Below, piece by piece: positions 1-12,470 of a stretch of 64,000 bases of DNA. The notes under the pieces were generated by a model. That model searched no databases, was not told where the DNA came from, and saw nothing but the letters and a program-made list of their open reading frames with translations. Made by a program: the position numbers and the translations under genes. Each line of letters starts with the position of its first letter. Position 1 is the stretch's first letter. This stretch comes from Eledone cirrhosa (lineage: Eukaryota): NCBI GenBank assembly GCA_964016885.1, contig OZ024745.1:1364001-1428000 (forward strand), written 5' to 3'.

Positions 1-111
1 ATATATAGTTTAACTTAAACCAAAGCCTCCAAATGAGGGAGGAAGATACAAGGCAAAACAAACTAAAATAAAGTTTTACTCACATTATATCCCTAACTCC
101 AGTTTCTGGAA

Positions 112-320
112 TTCATCATCACTGTTTTATGTCCGTTCTTCCACGCTAGCATGGGTTAGACGGGTTGTCCTGTTGTGAGCAGTGTCTGGTCGGCTGACCT
201 TGTCTTGCTCATACAGGAACTGATCCTGGCTTGATTTCTACAGCTGGATGCCCTTCCTAACACCAACCTCATTTACAGTGGGTGCTGGCTGCTTTTTTTC
301 CCGTGGCGCCTACACTATTA
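112..320 (-). mobile_element. RTE-type 3' tail fragment
   Basis: shares (cat)n-ccacgctagcatgggttagacgg and ctacagctggatgcccttcctaacaccaacc with the RTE tails at 2183-2345 and 9195-9360. Confidence 0.6.
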
Positions 321-332
321 ATCATCCTATAA

Positions 333-790
333 ACAGCGAATTGGCAGAGTCGTTAGAATGTCAGATAGAGTGGTAGAGTTGTTAGAACGTCAGATAGAAT
401 GGTAGAGTTGTTAGAATGTCTGATAGAATGGTAGAGTGGTGAGAACGTCAGATAGAATGGTAGAGTGGTTAGAACTTCAGATAGAATGGTAGAGTTGTTA
501 GAATGTCTGATAGAATGGTAGAGTGGTGAGAACGTCAGATAGAATGGTAGAGTCGTTAGAACGTCAGATAGAATGGTAGAGTGGTTAGAATGTCTGATAG
601 AATGGTAGAGTCGTTAGAACGTCAGATAGAATGGTAGAGTGGTTAGAACGTCAGATAGAATGTTTTATGGTATTCGGACTGGCTCCCTGCTCTCTGAATT
701 CAAACCCTGCTGAGGTCAACTTTGCCTTTCATCCTTTAGAGGTCGATAAAAATAAAAGTACCAGTTGAGTACTGGAGTTGATTCTTCCTC
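333..790 (+). mobile_element. Nin-domain-like SINE with an internal 29-bp tandem expansion (346-662)
   Basis: tRNA-like head, B-box-like gaattcaaacc, core gcctttcatcctttagaggtcgataaaa shared with the copies at 26190, 29273 and 52893. Confidence 0.65.
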
Positions 791-1369
791 TATATCTTTC
801 TCAGTTCCTCTCTGAAACACTGTCGCTACAGCTCCCTTACAATTCCATCAGGAGTTACACGACCATACTATTCCATTAATCATTCTAATAAGACAACTAA
901 CATTGGAAGAAAATACCTTCATCAGAGGGGTTCTTTGGAAATGGAAAAATGATATTGATCAGTTAGAATAAAAATAAGATAAATTTAAACCTAATCCTTA
1001 TTGAAGCAGCATTCTGTATTAATGGACACACATACATAGTTTAACTACAAAGATGAATATTTGTATATCAATGATAAAATGACAGGTTTGTAATGATACT
1101 AGAAATAGCTCACATCAAACCTGTGTATTGAAACTCAACAATAAAGGGGTAGTATATAACCAACAGAAAAAGAAAAAGTTTTTTTTTTGTCATTAATATA
1201 TGAAGGATATAGACAAGATAGCTTTGTCTAGATGAGAGAAGTATATAAACTTATAGACAAGGCAGCTTTAAATGTCTAGATGAGAGAAACAAACATCTTT
1301 AGAGATGTTTTGAATATTAATCGCAAACAAATTTTCTTTTTCCTCTGTTAGTTATATATATATCAAGGA

Positions 1370-1690
1370 AGACACAGTAGAGGAAGACCACGAAAAACAT
1401 GGGCGGAGGTGGTGAGAGCAGACCTCAGATTGCTGAAACTCGCGCAGATGACGAAGGACCATGACAAGTGGAGAGATGCTGTGCTGAATAGGACCCGTCC
1501 GACCCTTGCAAGCAGGGAAAAGCGGACGTAAAATGATGATGATGAACTGGGTGTTAGGATGGGCATCCAGCTGTAAAAACCCAGCTAAAATATAGTTCCA
1601 CTTGAGCAATGTATGGTGTGGCCAACTGGACTACCCGTCTAACCCATGCAAGCGAGGAAAAAATGGTTGTTAAACAATGATGATGATATG
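1370..1690 (+). mobile_element. RTE LINE 3' fragments
   Basis: RGRPRKTW...DKWRDAV coding remnant followed by two (gat)n-ending tails. Confidence 0.6.
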
Positions 1691-1896
1691 TGTGTGTAAT
1701 AAAGTTTAAACAGAGATGATAATGATTAAGAAATATAGGAATGTCACAATTTCTCATACCTTGTCTGTTAAAAGTTGAAGCTTCATGTATAGACATCATA
1801 TGTTGTATATAAGTTGTTAGGACACATTGAAATAGCCATACTTAGAGCACAATAATAGCTGTTGAGTTGTAATATTTCTTCTCTCACCTTTTCTAG

Positions 1897-1962
1897 GGCC
1901 TTTATGCTATGTCTATGAACTGTATGGAGGCAGCAGAATCACAGTTTAATACAGCTTTCAAA
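1897..1962 (+). CDS. MAU2: MAU2/Scc4 cohesin loader subunit, internal exon (first exon visible in window)
   Basis: ttctag acceptor, gtaagt donor; encodes GLYAMSMNCMEAAESQFNTAFK, matching the MAU2 segment GLYCVSVNCMDNAEAQFTTAL as recalled from the vertebrate protein. Confidence 0.92.
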
Positions 1963-2182
1963 GTAAGTTTAACTTCTACTAATGTTTTAAACTTTGCTTT
2001 TCATCCTTTCCAGGTCAATAATAAAAGTACCAGTCCTGTATTGAGGGTTGATTCTGCGTCTATATCTCTTTTTTTTTCTTTTTTTCTAAAGAAATTGGCT
2101 GTGTTGAGACATGGAGAAGAGATGGGCTCCACCAAGTTAAAAACAACAGACCTATGACTCCACCAGGAGTTCTGGGTCCATT

Positions 2183-2948
2183 CATCATCATCATCGTTTA
2201 ACGTCTATCTTCCACGCTAGCATGGGTTTAGACAGGAATTGTCCATTGTGAGGCAAGATTGGTTGTCTTGCTCGCATAGGACTGTCTGGTGGGTTTTCTA
2301 CGGCTGGATGCTCTTCCTAACACCAACCACGTTTACAGTGTGGACTGGGAGGTTTCTCCTGTGTTACCTACATGGCGACATTACAGCATGGACTGTGTGT
2401 TTTTTTGTCGTGACACCTACACGACCTCATTTATTTAGGACTAGATGTGGTACCAACATAACTTTACAGAGAAAGGGGTGGTGTAGACGGGGGTGGGGAG
2501 GTGGGATGGGGGTGTATTTTTGGTTAAGAGGTGCCTACTGACTGTAGCTTAACTTTGTACTTAGGCAATGCGGATCTTCTGTATTACTGCGTAGCGCCAA
2601 AGATCTCGGTCCAGTGACATCGTCTTAGAGAGGTGCAAGTGTGTAAGGTCGGAATTTATCAATCCGTCCCAGGTTTTTCTGGGTCTGCCCACTCCGTAGC
2701 TTCCATCTATTTTGATCGCCCTGCACTTTTTTATACAGCTGTCGTCTTTCATGTGCATCACGTGACCATACCAACGTAGTCTTCTCTCAAGTAAACAGCA
2801 TCTGATCCTTCTTATTCCTAATTTCTCACTTAGTTCATTTATGCTTTGCTGTTCACGTATATTACTATTACACATCCAATGGAGCATGCAAGCTTCGTTT
2901 CTCTCCAGTCTGCGCAGATCCTCTGCACACAATGCCCATGTCTCACTA
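2183..2948 (-). mobile_element. RTE LINE 3' end (5'-truncated)
   Basis: ORF 2561-3037 contains SETW...RRLRWYGHVMHM...GRPRKTW...DRDLWR; the 3' UTR and (gat)n tail are homologous to 8587-9360. Confidence 0.9.
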
Positions 2949-3649
2949 TACATTTTAAAATGATCCTGTAGATGTTCTATCTTTAATTCAGTGATGTGTA
3001 TATCTCCATTAACAGTTTTGTTGTAATTATACTTCATTTTCTACAGAATTTTTTTAAAATTAAAACAATATTCAGTTTAAAGTATAAACTTAAGCAGCCA
3101 CCTCAGTAACTGTGTGAGAATGCCAAATACATGTATTTCAGGATTGTTAACCCATCACAAGTGATGCTTACTCAAAACTGAGGTATAGAAGCTAATGCTT
3201 CTTATATAGAGAGCTATAAATAATGGAAGCATATACAATATGTTTATAAACATATTGGTATATCCTTTCATATACATTTCTATTCTGAATCACAGAAACA
3301 CTTTCTCTGTTTGACACTGAGAGAATTGTATACCAAGTAAATCACAGGAATTAGATCTAGTTTAGAGCAATATACAAATGTTAGATGACCCCAGTGGAAG
3401 TAGAGGTAGACCAAGAAAGACGGGTTAGAGGTTGTGAGAACTGACCTCAAATCGCTGAGACTCACAGTGGAGATGATGAAGGAACGCGACGACTGGAGAG
3501 ATGCTGTGCTAGAAGGATCTGTCCAACTCATGCAAGCATAGAAAAACTGATGTAATAACGTTGATGATACAACTTTATAAGCTAACCCATATATCTAATT
3601 TGTTTACTTTTAAATTTTCAAAATTCCTTTTCTTCTCTTTTACTTGCAG

Positions 3650-3783
3650 CTTTCTACTGATGTAGATTTAAGAACATTTGTAAAACTGAACCTTGCTATT
3701 GTATATTTACGAACAAATAGACAAACAGATTTAATAAGTCTTCTAGAAACGGTGGTCTCACCTCAGAAGGTATCTCCTACCAC
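3650..3783 (+). CDS. MAU2: MAU2 exon
   Basis: polypyrimidine tract + cag acceptor, gtaagt donor; LSTDVDLRTFVKLNLAIVYLRTNRQTDLISLLETVVSPQKVSPT; phases 0/2 fit the neighbouring exons. Confidence 0.9.
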
Positions 3784-3934
3784 GTAAGTTACTTACCCTC
3801 TTTATTTCAACATTTATTGCCAGACAAATCACAAATTTTAGTTATGAAGTCTTTAACTTTGAGTGCAAGCATTATCGGATGAAGTAGTTTACGAAACTGT
3901 TTCTATAAACACCTATCTTTGATTTGTGAAGTCT

Positions 3935-4535
3935 TCTTCTTTGCTCACTTATTTCTAGGAGGGTTGTGGGGACAGAGTCCTCAAACATTTCTTCCAGCAG
4001 GTCCTGTCAGAAGCAACTTTCTTCAATTGATCCGGCTGGATCCTCAAGCAAAACCAGCCAAGCTCATGGATGTTATTAAACCATCTTGCTCAGAGTCTAT
4101 CCTTAGTTTTCCTGCCAGTTGGTTTTGCCCGTAAAATCTGTCCAGCGATTCTTTCCTCAGACATTCTAACCACATGTCCCTAATATTAGAGCTGTGATCT
4201 CTCAATTCAGAGAAATAGCGGCTCTATCTGGAGTGACTCTCTCATCTCCAAGATACGCACTCTATTAAGTAACGTTACTCCAAAGACCTTCAGAGGAACC
4301 CCATTTCGGCCACTTGTATTCACAATCGTACTCTTTTGATCATTACCCAAGATTCATGACCATAGGTAAGGGTTGGTATGATTACTGAATTGAAAATAGT
4401 GTGTTTAGCTTTTACACCTACCACTCCCCTTCTGATTACTGAATGCTAAAGCTGGCATATTATGACACCAGCTCCTGCAATTCTTGCGCTCCTTCACTTG
4501 TGAACACAGCTCCGAGATACTTGAACTTCTCCACT
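3935..4535 (-). mobile_element. RTE LINE, second family, 3' fragment
   Basis: degenerate YLG...LTYGHESW...RSQL..GHVVRM...ARW; homologous to 7340-7720 and 45455-46070. Confidence 0.8.
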
Positions 4536-4702
4536 GTATCCCTCGTCCTTTTCTCCCTCCACCTTTTCCTCATCTTCCTCTTCTTGTCCTCTCCCTCCTC
4601 CAACTGCTGTTAATAACTGTTTCTCAATTTGTTTGTTTCCAGAGATAGAAGATTATCAACAGACAGTGAAGTAATGAGCCGAATCGGGTAAGTATGACAG
4701 TT

Positions 4703-5646
4703 TCTTTGGCAATAAATAGTACTAAACTCCAGTAGTACATTAAATATTTTAATGTCTAATCTTTGACAATAAATAGTACTAAACTCCAGTAGTACATTAA
4801 ATATTTTAATGTCTAATCTTTGACAATAAATAGTACTAAACTCCAGTAGTACATTAAATATTTTAATGTCTAATCTTTGACAATAAATAGTACTAAACTC
4901 CAGTAGTACATTAAATATTTTAATGTCTAATCTTTGGCAATAAATAGTACTAAACTCCAGTAGTACATTAAATATTTTAATGTCTAATCTTTGGCAATAA
5001 ATAGTACTAAACTCCAGTAGTACATTAAATATTTTAATGTCTAATCTTTGGCAATAAATAGTACTAAACTCCAGTAGTACATTAAATATTTTAATGTCTA
5101 ATCTTTGGCAATAAATAGTACTAAACTCCAGTAGTATATTAAATATTTTAATGTCTAATCTTTGGCAATAAATAGTACTAAACTCCAATAGTACATTAAA
5201 TATTTTAATGTCTAATCTTTGGCAATAAATAGTACTAAACTCCAATAGTACATTAAATATTTTAATGTCTAATCTTTGGCAATAAATAGTACTAAACTCC
5301 AATAGTACATTAAATATTTTAATGTCTAATCTTTGGCAATAAATAGTACTAAACTCCAATAGTACATTAAATATTTTAATGTCTAATCTTTGACAATAAA
5401 TAGTACTAAACTCCAATAGTACATTAAATATTTTAATGTCTAATCTTTGGCAATAAATAGTACTAAACTCCAATAGTACATTAAATATTTTAATGTCTAA
5501 TCTTTGACAATAAATAGTACTAAACTCCAGTAGTACATTAAATATTTTAATGTCTAATCTTTGGCAATAAATAGTACTAAACTCCAATAGTACATTAAAT
5601 ATTTTAATGTCTAATCTTTGACAATAAATAGTACTAAACTCCAATA
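4703..5646. repeat. 57-bp minisatellite, about 16.5 copies
   Basis: unit tctttggcaataaatagtactaaactccagtagtacattaaatattttaatgtctaa; accounts for the 19-aa periodic ORF 4610-5659. Confidence 0.97.
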
Positions 5647-5717
5647 TTTCAAACTTCAAATCATCCTAGCCACTCTATAAATGATCAGATTTGTTTAAGT
5701 TTCAATTCTATTTTCAG

Positions 5718-5795
5718 CTCACACAGTTTACGGGCTTCCGCATTTTATGTTCGTGGATTGCAGGCGTTCTTTCAGGCAGGCTATAATGAAGCGAA
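5718..5795 (+). CDS. MAU2: MAU2 exon
   Basis: ttttcag/gtaagt; SHSLRASAFYVRGLQAFFQAGYNEAK, cf. MAU2 SHCLRAAAFYVRGLFSFFQGRYNEAK. Confidence 0.95.
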
Positions 5796-6165
5796 GTAAG
5801 TAAAGCTTTCTAAAGCAAGTTACAGTTTGAAAGTGACAAATATGAAAACCTGAGTTTCTCTTAGTTAATGAGACGATTAGTTATTTTCTGCTGTGTCAAT
5901 ACTATGTCATTGGAGGGTGTCTGTGGCTGAGGTCTAGTTTGGTACACAGTGTATGAGTTATGATATACATGTGTGCGTGTGGGGGATATGAGGTGTAGTG
6001 TTGGCTAGTTTATTTCAGGTTTTGTTTTTGACATCAGTTTAATATCTAGTGTTGCCAATTCACTTTTAACACTAAAACTATTTCAAATGAGGTTGATCGC
6101 TGTTGATGTAGCTAATCTTCTACAACACATGATTTTATCAAACTTTTATCTTTATATTTCCTCAG

Positions 6166-6277
6166 ACGCTATCTACGCGAAACGCTGAAAATGGCCAATG
6201 CTGAAGACTTAAATCGCTTAACATCATGTTCACTGGTTTTATTAGGGCATATATTTTTATCATTAGGAAATAGCAGG
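6166..6277 (+). CDS. MAU2: MAU2 exon
   Basis: ctcag/gtaagt; [37 protein letters not shown], a highly conserved MAU2 motif. Confidence 0.97.
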
Positions 6278-7049
6278 GTAAGTATATTATTCTTTGATGT
6301 CTTTTGGAAAATCTCTTACATGTTTACGTTTTAAGTTTTCTGACATTTTATTTTATATCACAGTCAATGGTTCATTACATTTACAATGGTGAGTGACAAG
6401 AGAGTGTCTGCAACCTGGGAACAAATGTAACATTGTATTTACTTTTGTAAGCATCAGCTTGTTGGGGGTTTTTTCATGAAAATTATACACATACTTACAT
6501 ATGCATATACATATACATACATACATTCTATATGTATGTGTGTGAGTAAAATAACTAGATAATGGTAGTGCTGGTGATGTGCAAAAGGCACCCAGTCCAC
6601 TCTGTAATGTAGTTTTATAGGGGTCACAAAACCACATTAAGACCACCCTGTAAGGTGCTTGTACTGGTGCTATGACAAAAAGCACCCAGTCAACCCTGTG
6701 AGATGGTAGTACTGGAAGCACACTTTAATTCACACAGTACACACTATAAAGTGGTTGGTGCTAGGAAAGGCATTCAGCCATAGAAACCAAGCCAAAATCA
6801 TAACTATGAGCCAGACATGGTCACCTGACATGTCTTAGTAACTGACACGTCTAACCCATGCTAGTATGGAAAATGGACATGAAATGCTGATGATGATGAT
6901 GCATACAAACACAGATTCTCTGTCGATTGACAAGATCCCAGACCTCACTTACTGAGCGGGGTGGAGCTAGCCAAATTAGACCAAGGAAACAATGTTTCCA
7001 TTGGTCTTTCCATTACTAATATTATTTATGGGTCACAACTCTTGGCAAA

Positions 7050-7165
7050 AAGAACATGAAATAAAGTGTCTTGCTCAAGGACAGAACACATTGCTTGGTC
7101 CAGGAATCAAACTCACAAGCTCAGTATTACGAATCTAATTCTCTAACCACTAAGCCACGTGCCTT
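7050..7165 (-). mobile_element. tRNA-derived SINE head
   Basis: reverse complement of ggcacgtggcttagtggttagag...ccttgagcaagacactttatttca. Confidence 0.7.
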
Positions 7166-7339
7166 CACACATACACATAATGAGCTTCTGCATAAGTTTT
7201 ATCTCTCAAATTCCACTTGCAAGACATTAAGCAGCCAGAGTCTTTATTGGAAGATGTTTACTCCAAATGTTGAACCTAGAGTTAAATAAATGGGAGACAT
7301 AGCTTCCGTATAAGATGCTAGTCTTTGGCTGGTAATTTT

Positions 7340-7720
7340 CCACACAGCCAAAATGGGGTTCCTCCAAAGGGTCCTTGGAGTAGATACTTGATAGAGTGCA
7401 TATCTTGAAGATCAGAGAATCACTCCAGGTAGAGCCACTACTTCTCCAGTCTGAGAGATCACAGCTCTGATATTACAGACATGTGATTAGAATGTCTCAG
7501 GAAAGAATCGCTGGACAGATTTTACAGGCAAAACCAACTGGCAGGAGACCCTGGGGTAGATCCCGAGCAAGATGGTTGGATAACATCCATGAGCTTGGCT
7601 GGTCTCACTTGGGGATCCAGCTGGATAAGTTGGAGATGGTTGCTTCTGACAGGATCTGCTGGAAGGCATATCTGATGACCCTGCCCCCACGACCCACTCA
7701 GGAATAACTAAGTGAAGAAG
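7340..7720 (+). mobile_element. RTE LINE 3' fragment (second family)
   Basis: ORF 7483-7707 RMSQERIAGQILQAKPTGRRPWGRSRARWLDNI. Confidence 0.8.
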
Positions 7721-7842
7721 GGTTGATATAGTCTCCTCAAATTACTGCTACTGGGGTTGATATAGTCAACTTTCCTCTCTCCTCAAATTGCTGGCTTTGT
7801 GTCAATGTTAGAATTATTTGCAATATTTATTTTCTATTTTAG

Positions 7843-7933
7843 GAAGCCATGAACATGGTAACTCCAGCAATGCAGTTGGCTGGCAAGATCCCAGATGTCC
7901 ATGTTCAGCTGTGGGCCTCTTCACTACTTAAAG
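7843..7933 (+). CDS. MAU2: MAU2 exon
   Basis: ttttag acceptor, gtcaat donor; [30 protein letters not shown]. Confidence 0.95.
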
Positions 7934-8079
7934 GTCAATCTAGATCTTATAATCTATATCTTACAATCTAGATCTTAAAATCAACTTATTTTTACACATT
8001 GGAGAAAGTTTACTTTTATCATTTATTTTCTTTTTTTTTTTTCCCTTACTAATTTCTGCTTTATATATATATATATATA

Positions 8080-9361
8080 TGGAAGCACGGCCTAGAATCA
8101 AAAGGCCTTAAAATTAACCTGGCTAAGACTAAAGTTATAGTTTGTAAGAAAGAAAATAAGGCGGCGGTCCCCTCTGGGAAGTGGCCATGCTCAGAGTGTA
8201 GGAAAGGCGTAGGTAGAAACTCCATTTTGTGTCCCAAATGCAAAGTATGGGTGCATAAAAGATGTAGTGGGATCACAGGTAAGCTAACTAAGAACATAGA
8301 TTTTACATGTGGCCGGTGTTCTGGGGCAATAAGTAGCAGCAAGTGCCCACAAAATACTAGCTCTTTCAACTGCGCAGAGGGTTCTATAGAAATAGTGGAC
8401 AGCTTCCGTTACCTGGGTGACAAAATCAGCAGTGGGGGAGGGTGCTCTGAAAGTACAGTAGCTAGAGTCAGAACTGGGTGGAAAAAGTTCAGAGAGCTCA
8501 TACCACTATTAGCCGCTAAAGGGTTCTCCCTAAAAATGAAAGGCAGGTTGTACGATGCCTGCATACGAACAGCAATGTTGCACGGCAGTGAGACCTGGGC
8601 ATTGTGTGCAGAGGATATACGCAGACTAGAGAGAAACGAAGCTTGCATGCTCCGCTGGATGTGTAATAGTAATATACGTGAATGGCAAAGCATAAACGAA
8701 CTAAGGAAAAAATTAGAAATAAGAGGGATCAGATGTTGTTTACTCGAGAGAAGGCTACGTTGGTATGGTCACGTGATGCGCATGAAGGACGATAGCTGTA
8801 TAACAAAGTGCAGGGCAATAAAGATAGACGGTAGCCACGGAATAGGCAGACCCAGAAAAACCTGGGACGAGCTGATAAATTCCGACCTCACACACTTACA
8901 CCTCACCAAGACAATGTCACTGGACCGAGACCTTTGGCGGTACTCAGTAATAAAGACCCGCCTTACCTAAATACAAAGTAAAACCTAATACAGTCAGTAG
9001 GCATCTCTAACAAAATACACCCCCGTCCCACCACCCCCACCCCATCCACACCACCCCTTTCAATGTAAAGTTATGTTGGTGCCACAACATCCAGGCCGAA
9101 ACAAATGAGATCGTGTAGGTGTCGCGTAAAAAAAACACACAGTTCACGCTGTAATGTGGCCGTGTAGTCAACACGGTAAAAACCTCCCAGCCCCACACTG
9201 TAAATGTGGTTGGTGTTAGGAAGGGCATCCAGCTGTAGAAAGCACGCCAGATAGTCCTATGCGAGCAAGATAACCACTCTTGCCTCAAGTGGGAAAACCC
9301 TCCGTCCAAACCCATGCAAGCATGGAACACGGACGTTAAACGATGATGATGATGATGATGA
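8080..9361 (+). mobile_element. RTE LINE, 5'-truncated, RT C-terminus with Cys-rich finger, 3' UTR and (gat)n tail
   Basis: GLKINLAKTK...CSEC..CPKC..H..C..CGRC...FRYLG...YDACIRTAMLHGSETW...RRLRWYGHVMRM...GRPRKTW. Confidence 0.93.
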
Positions 9362-9503
9362 TATATATATATGCAAAAGTTCTATTTAAAATTGTTGGGA
9401 TACAACAAGTAAATATTTTTATAACTGATATAAAGCACTCGACAAATTTTTGGAGTAGATATACGATATTAATAAATGGAAACTATATTTATAAAACCAT
9501 ATT

Positions 9504-9568
9504 TATTTCATTATACATATTTCAGGGATACCACATTAAATTATGGTATGTTTTCATCAGACAAAATA
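9504..9568 (-). ncRNA. type I hammerhead ribozyme motif (base of helix II mutated)
   Basis: minus strand: tattttgt CTGATGA aaacataccat..gtggtatccct GAAA tatgta TA atgaaata. Confidence 0.65.
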
Positions 9569-12322
9569 CAATATATAATAGTTTTACAAATAGGTTTGAC
9601 GTACCCTTTAAAATACAACCATTACTTTTGGAGGCTGTCTGGATAGTGATTTGTTCATATAATAAGTCATAGTGTTAAGCACAATTAGAAAAAGACGGAG
9701 AGAAAGAAAGAGAAAAGAACAAAGACAGAGAGAGAGAAAGAAAAGAGAAAGAAAACCTGGAGAAATATCGGAGAGAGAGAGAAAAGTATGGAGAAAAGAA
9801 AGAGATAGATAAAGATAGGAGGAAATAAAAAAAGAAAGAAAAGGAAGGAATAAGAAAAACAAAGGAATAAGAAAAACAAAGGAAAGCAACAGAGAGATAT
9901 CAAGTCATCATACAGAAAGAGAAACTCAAGAGAGAGAAATACTATATAGAGAGAGGGGGACAGTGACAACTTTACGTCATGTCATATTAAGTTAAGTTAA
10001 CAATTTATATGAAATGAATAATAAAAATATAAATATAAGTATCAATATTCATGAATGGGACATAGATATATAATATGAGAAATTAAACATTGTTCAATAA
10101 TGACTATATGTTTAGTTTAGAAACTTGAGATCAATATACCAAAATCTGAGTTCAAAATGTACCCTTGGTATAGAGATTAGTATTTTATGCAAAGACATAC
10201 AAATATATATGTATATATACATACATATAGATACGCACGTCCTGAAAATAGAAATTATGTTTACTCAAGCCAACAATATAGCCATACAAAACGTAAATGA
10301 TTTCTCTTAATCACTGCTATACACTCATTGTGTTATAAAAATTTCACAGTATATATATACAAATATATACGATTAACAATCATGTCCTCATATATACGAT
10401 TACCATTCATGTGTTTAATATTATGCACATCTGCAACATACCTCTCAACCACATAGATATATACACACACATATATACACATACATATGTATAATAAATA
10501 TCTGCGTGCGTCCTCCCGCATCACTCATGTATATATACAGACACATATACAAACACAAAAAATCTATAACACTTTCTATGCATGTTAATACACACATATG
10601 CATTTGTATAGAGATAATCCAATATCAATAAATTACCAAAGGGTTATAATTTGTAAATATAACCATAATACAAATTTAAAATGCAACTATATAGTCAAAA
10701 GAAATCTAGAAATATCAAAGCATTAAATATCATTAAAACACTATAGAGTATCTTAAGTTAAAATAATATGTTTTATATATTTAGTATAGAAATTTATCCT
10801 ACGTATATCTCAATCACGATATTGAGTGGGTAGACTTGTGAAAGTTATGAGAAGCTATCATAATCAAAACAAATAAAAATAATTTAAAAGATTTAAAAAA
10901 TTTAAAAATCCAATGTATTAAATAAAATATACGTAAGGTAAATTTTTATATTAAATATAAGGTTATCTGTAGAATCATTGGGTTTTTAAATTTTTTAAAT
11001 CTTTTAAATTATTTTTATTTGTTTTGATTATGATAGCTTCTCATAACTTTCACAAGTCTACCCTCTCAATATCGTGATTGAGATATACGTAGGATAAATT
11101 TCTATACTAAATATATAAAACATATTATTTTAACTTAAGATACTCTATAGTGTTTTAATGATATTTAATGCTTTGATATTTCTAGATTTCTTTTGACTAT
11201 ATAGTTGCATTTTAAATTTGTATTATGGTTATATTTACAAATTATAACCCTTTGGTAATTTATTGATATTGGATTATCTCTATACAAATGCATATGTGTG
11301 TATTAACATGCATAGAAAGTGTTATAGATTTTTTGTGTTTGTATATGTGTCTGTATATATACATGAGTGATGCATGAGAACGCACGCAGATATTTATTAT
11401 ACATATCTATGTGTATATATGTGTGTGTATATATCTATGTGGTTGAGAGGTATGTTGCAGATGTGCATAATATTAAACACATGAATGGTAATCGTATATA
11501 TGAGGACATGAATGTTAATCGTATATATTTGTATATATATACTGTGAAACTTTTATAACACAATGAGTGTATAGCAGTGATTAAGAGAAATCATTTACGT
11601 TTTGTATGGCTATATTGTTGGCTTGAGTAAACATAATTTCTATTTTCAGGACGTGCGTATCTATATGTATGTATATATACATATGTATTTGTATGTCTTT
11701 GCATAAAATACTAATCTCTATACCAAGGGTACATTTTGAACTCAGATTTTGGTATATTGATCTCAAGTTTCTAAACTAAACATATGGTCATTATTGAACA
11801 ATGTTTAATTTCTCATATTATATATCTATGTCCCATTCATGAATATTGATACTTATATTTATATTTTTATTATTCATTTCATATAAATTGTTAACTTAAC
11901 TTAATATGACATGACGTAAAGTTGTCACTGTCCCCCTCTCTCTATATAGTATTTCTCTCTCTTGAGTTTCTCTTTCTGTATGATGACTTGATATCTCTCT
12001 GTTGCTTTCCTTTGTTTTTCTTATTCCTTTGTTTTTCTTATTCCTTCCTTTTCTTTCTTTTTTTATTTCCTCCTATCTTTATCTATCTCTTTCTTTTCTC
12101 CATACTTTTCTCTCTCTCTCCGATATTTCTCCAGGTTTTCTTTCTCTTTTCTTTCTCTCTCTCTGTCGTTGTTCTTTTCTCTTTCTTTCTCTCCGTCTTT
12201 TTCTAATTGTGCTTAACACTATGACTTATTATATGAACAAATCACTATCCAGACAGCCTCCAAAAGTAATGGTTGTATTTTAAAGGGTACGTCAAACCTA
12301 TTTGTAAAACTGTTATATATTG

Positions 12323-12387
12323 TATTTTGTCTGATGAAGGCATACCATAATTTAATGTGGTATCCCTGAAATATGTATAATGAAATA
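12323..12387 (+). ncRNA. type I hammerhead ribozyme motif
   Basis: helix I tattttgt/atgaaata; CTGATGA; helix II aggcataccat/gtggtatccct; GAAA; minimal helix III; UA cleavage site. Confidence 0.8.
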
Positions 12388-12426
12388 AATATGGTTTTAT
12401 AAATATAGTTTCCATTTATTAATATC

Positions 12427-12468
<42 letters not shown>

Positions 12469-12470
<2 letters not shown>

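Larger units (their letters stand above)
9372..12428. mobile_element. Fold-back Penelope-like/retrozyme element: about 1.45-kb inverted arms (9461-10915 / 10976-12428), about 60-bp spacer, in (TA)n
   Basis: arms are near-identical reverse complements (mirror ORFs in the track); each arm carries a hammerhead motif; flanked by TA repeats. Confidence 0.8.

Noticed and set aside
785-932. minus-strand CTGATGA with a distant GAAA
   Set aside because: Helix I and II pairing could not be established.
4610-5659. 349-aa repetitive ORF
   Set aside because: Translation of a 57-bp minisatellite (a multiple of 3), antisense within an intron.
9461-12428. palindrome as a sequencing fold-back artefact
   Set aside because: Arms differ at several positions, have a unique spacer and follow the family-specific end structure seen elsewhere; not fully excluded without reads.
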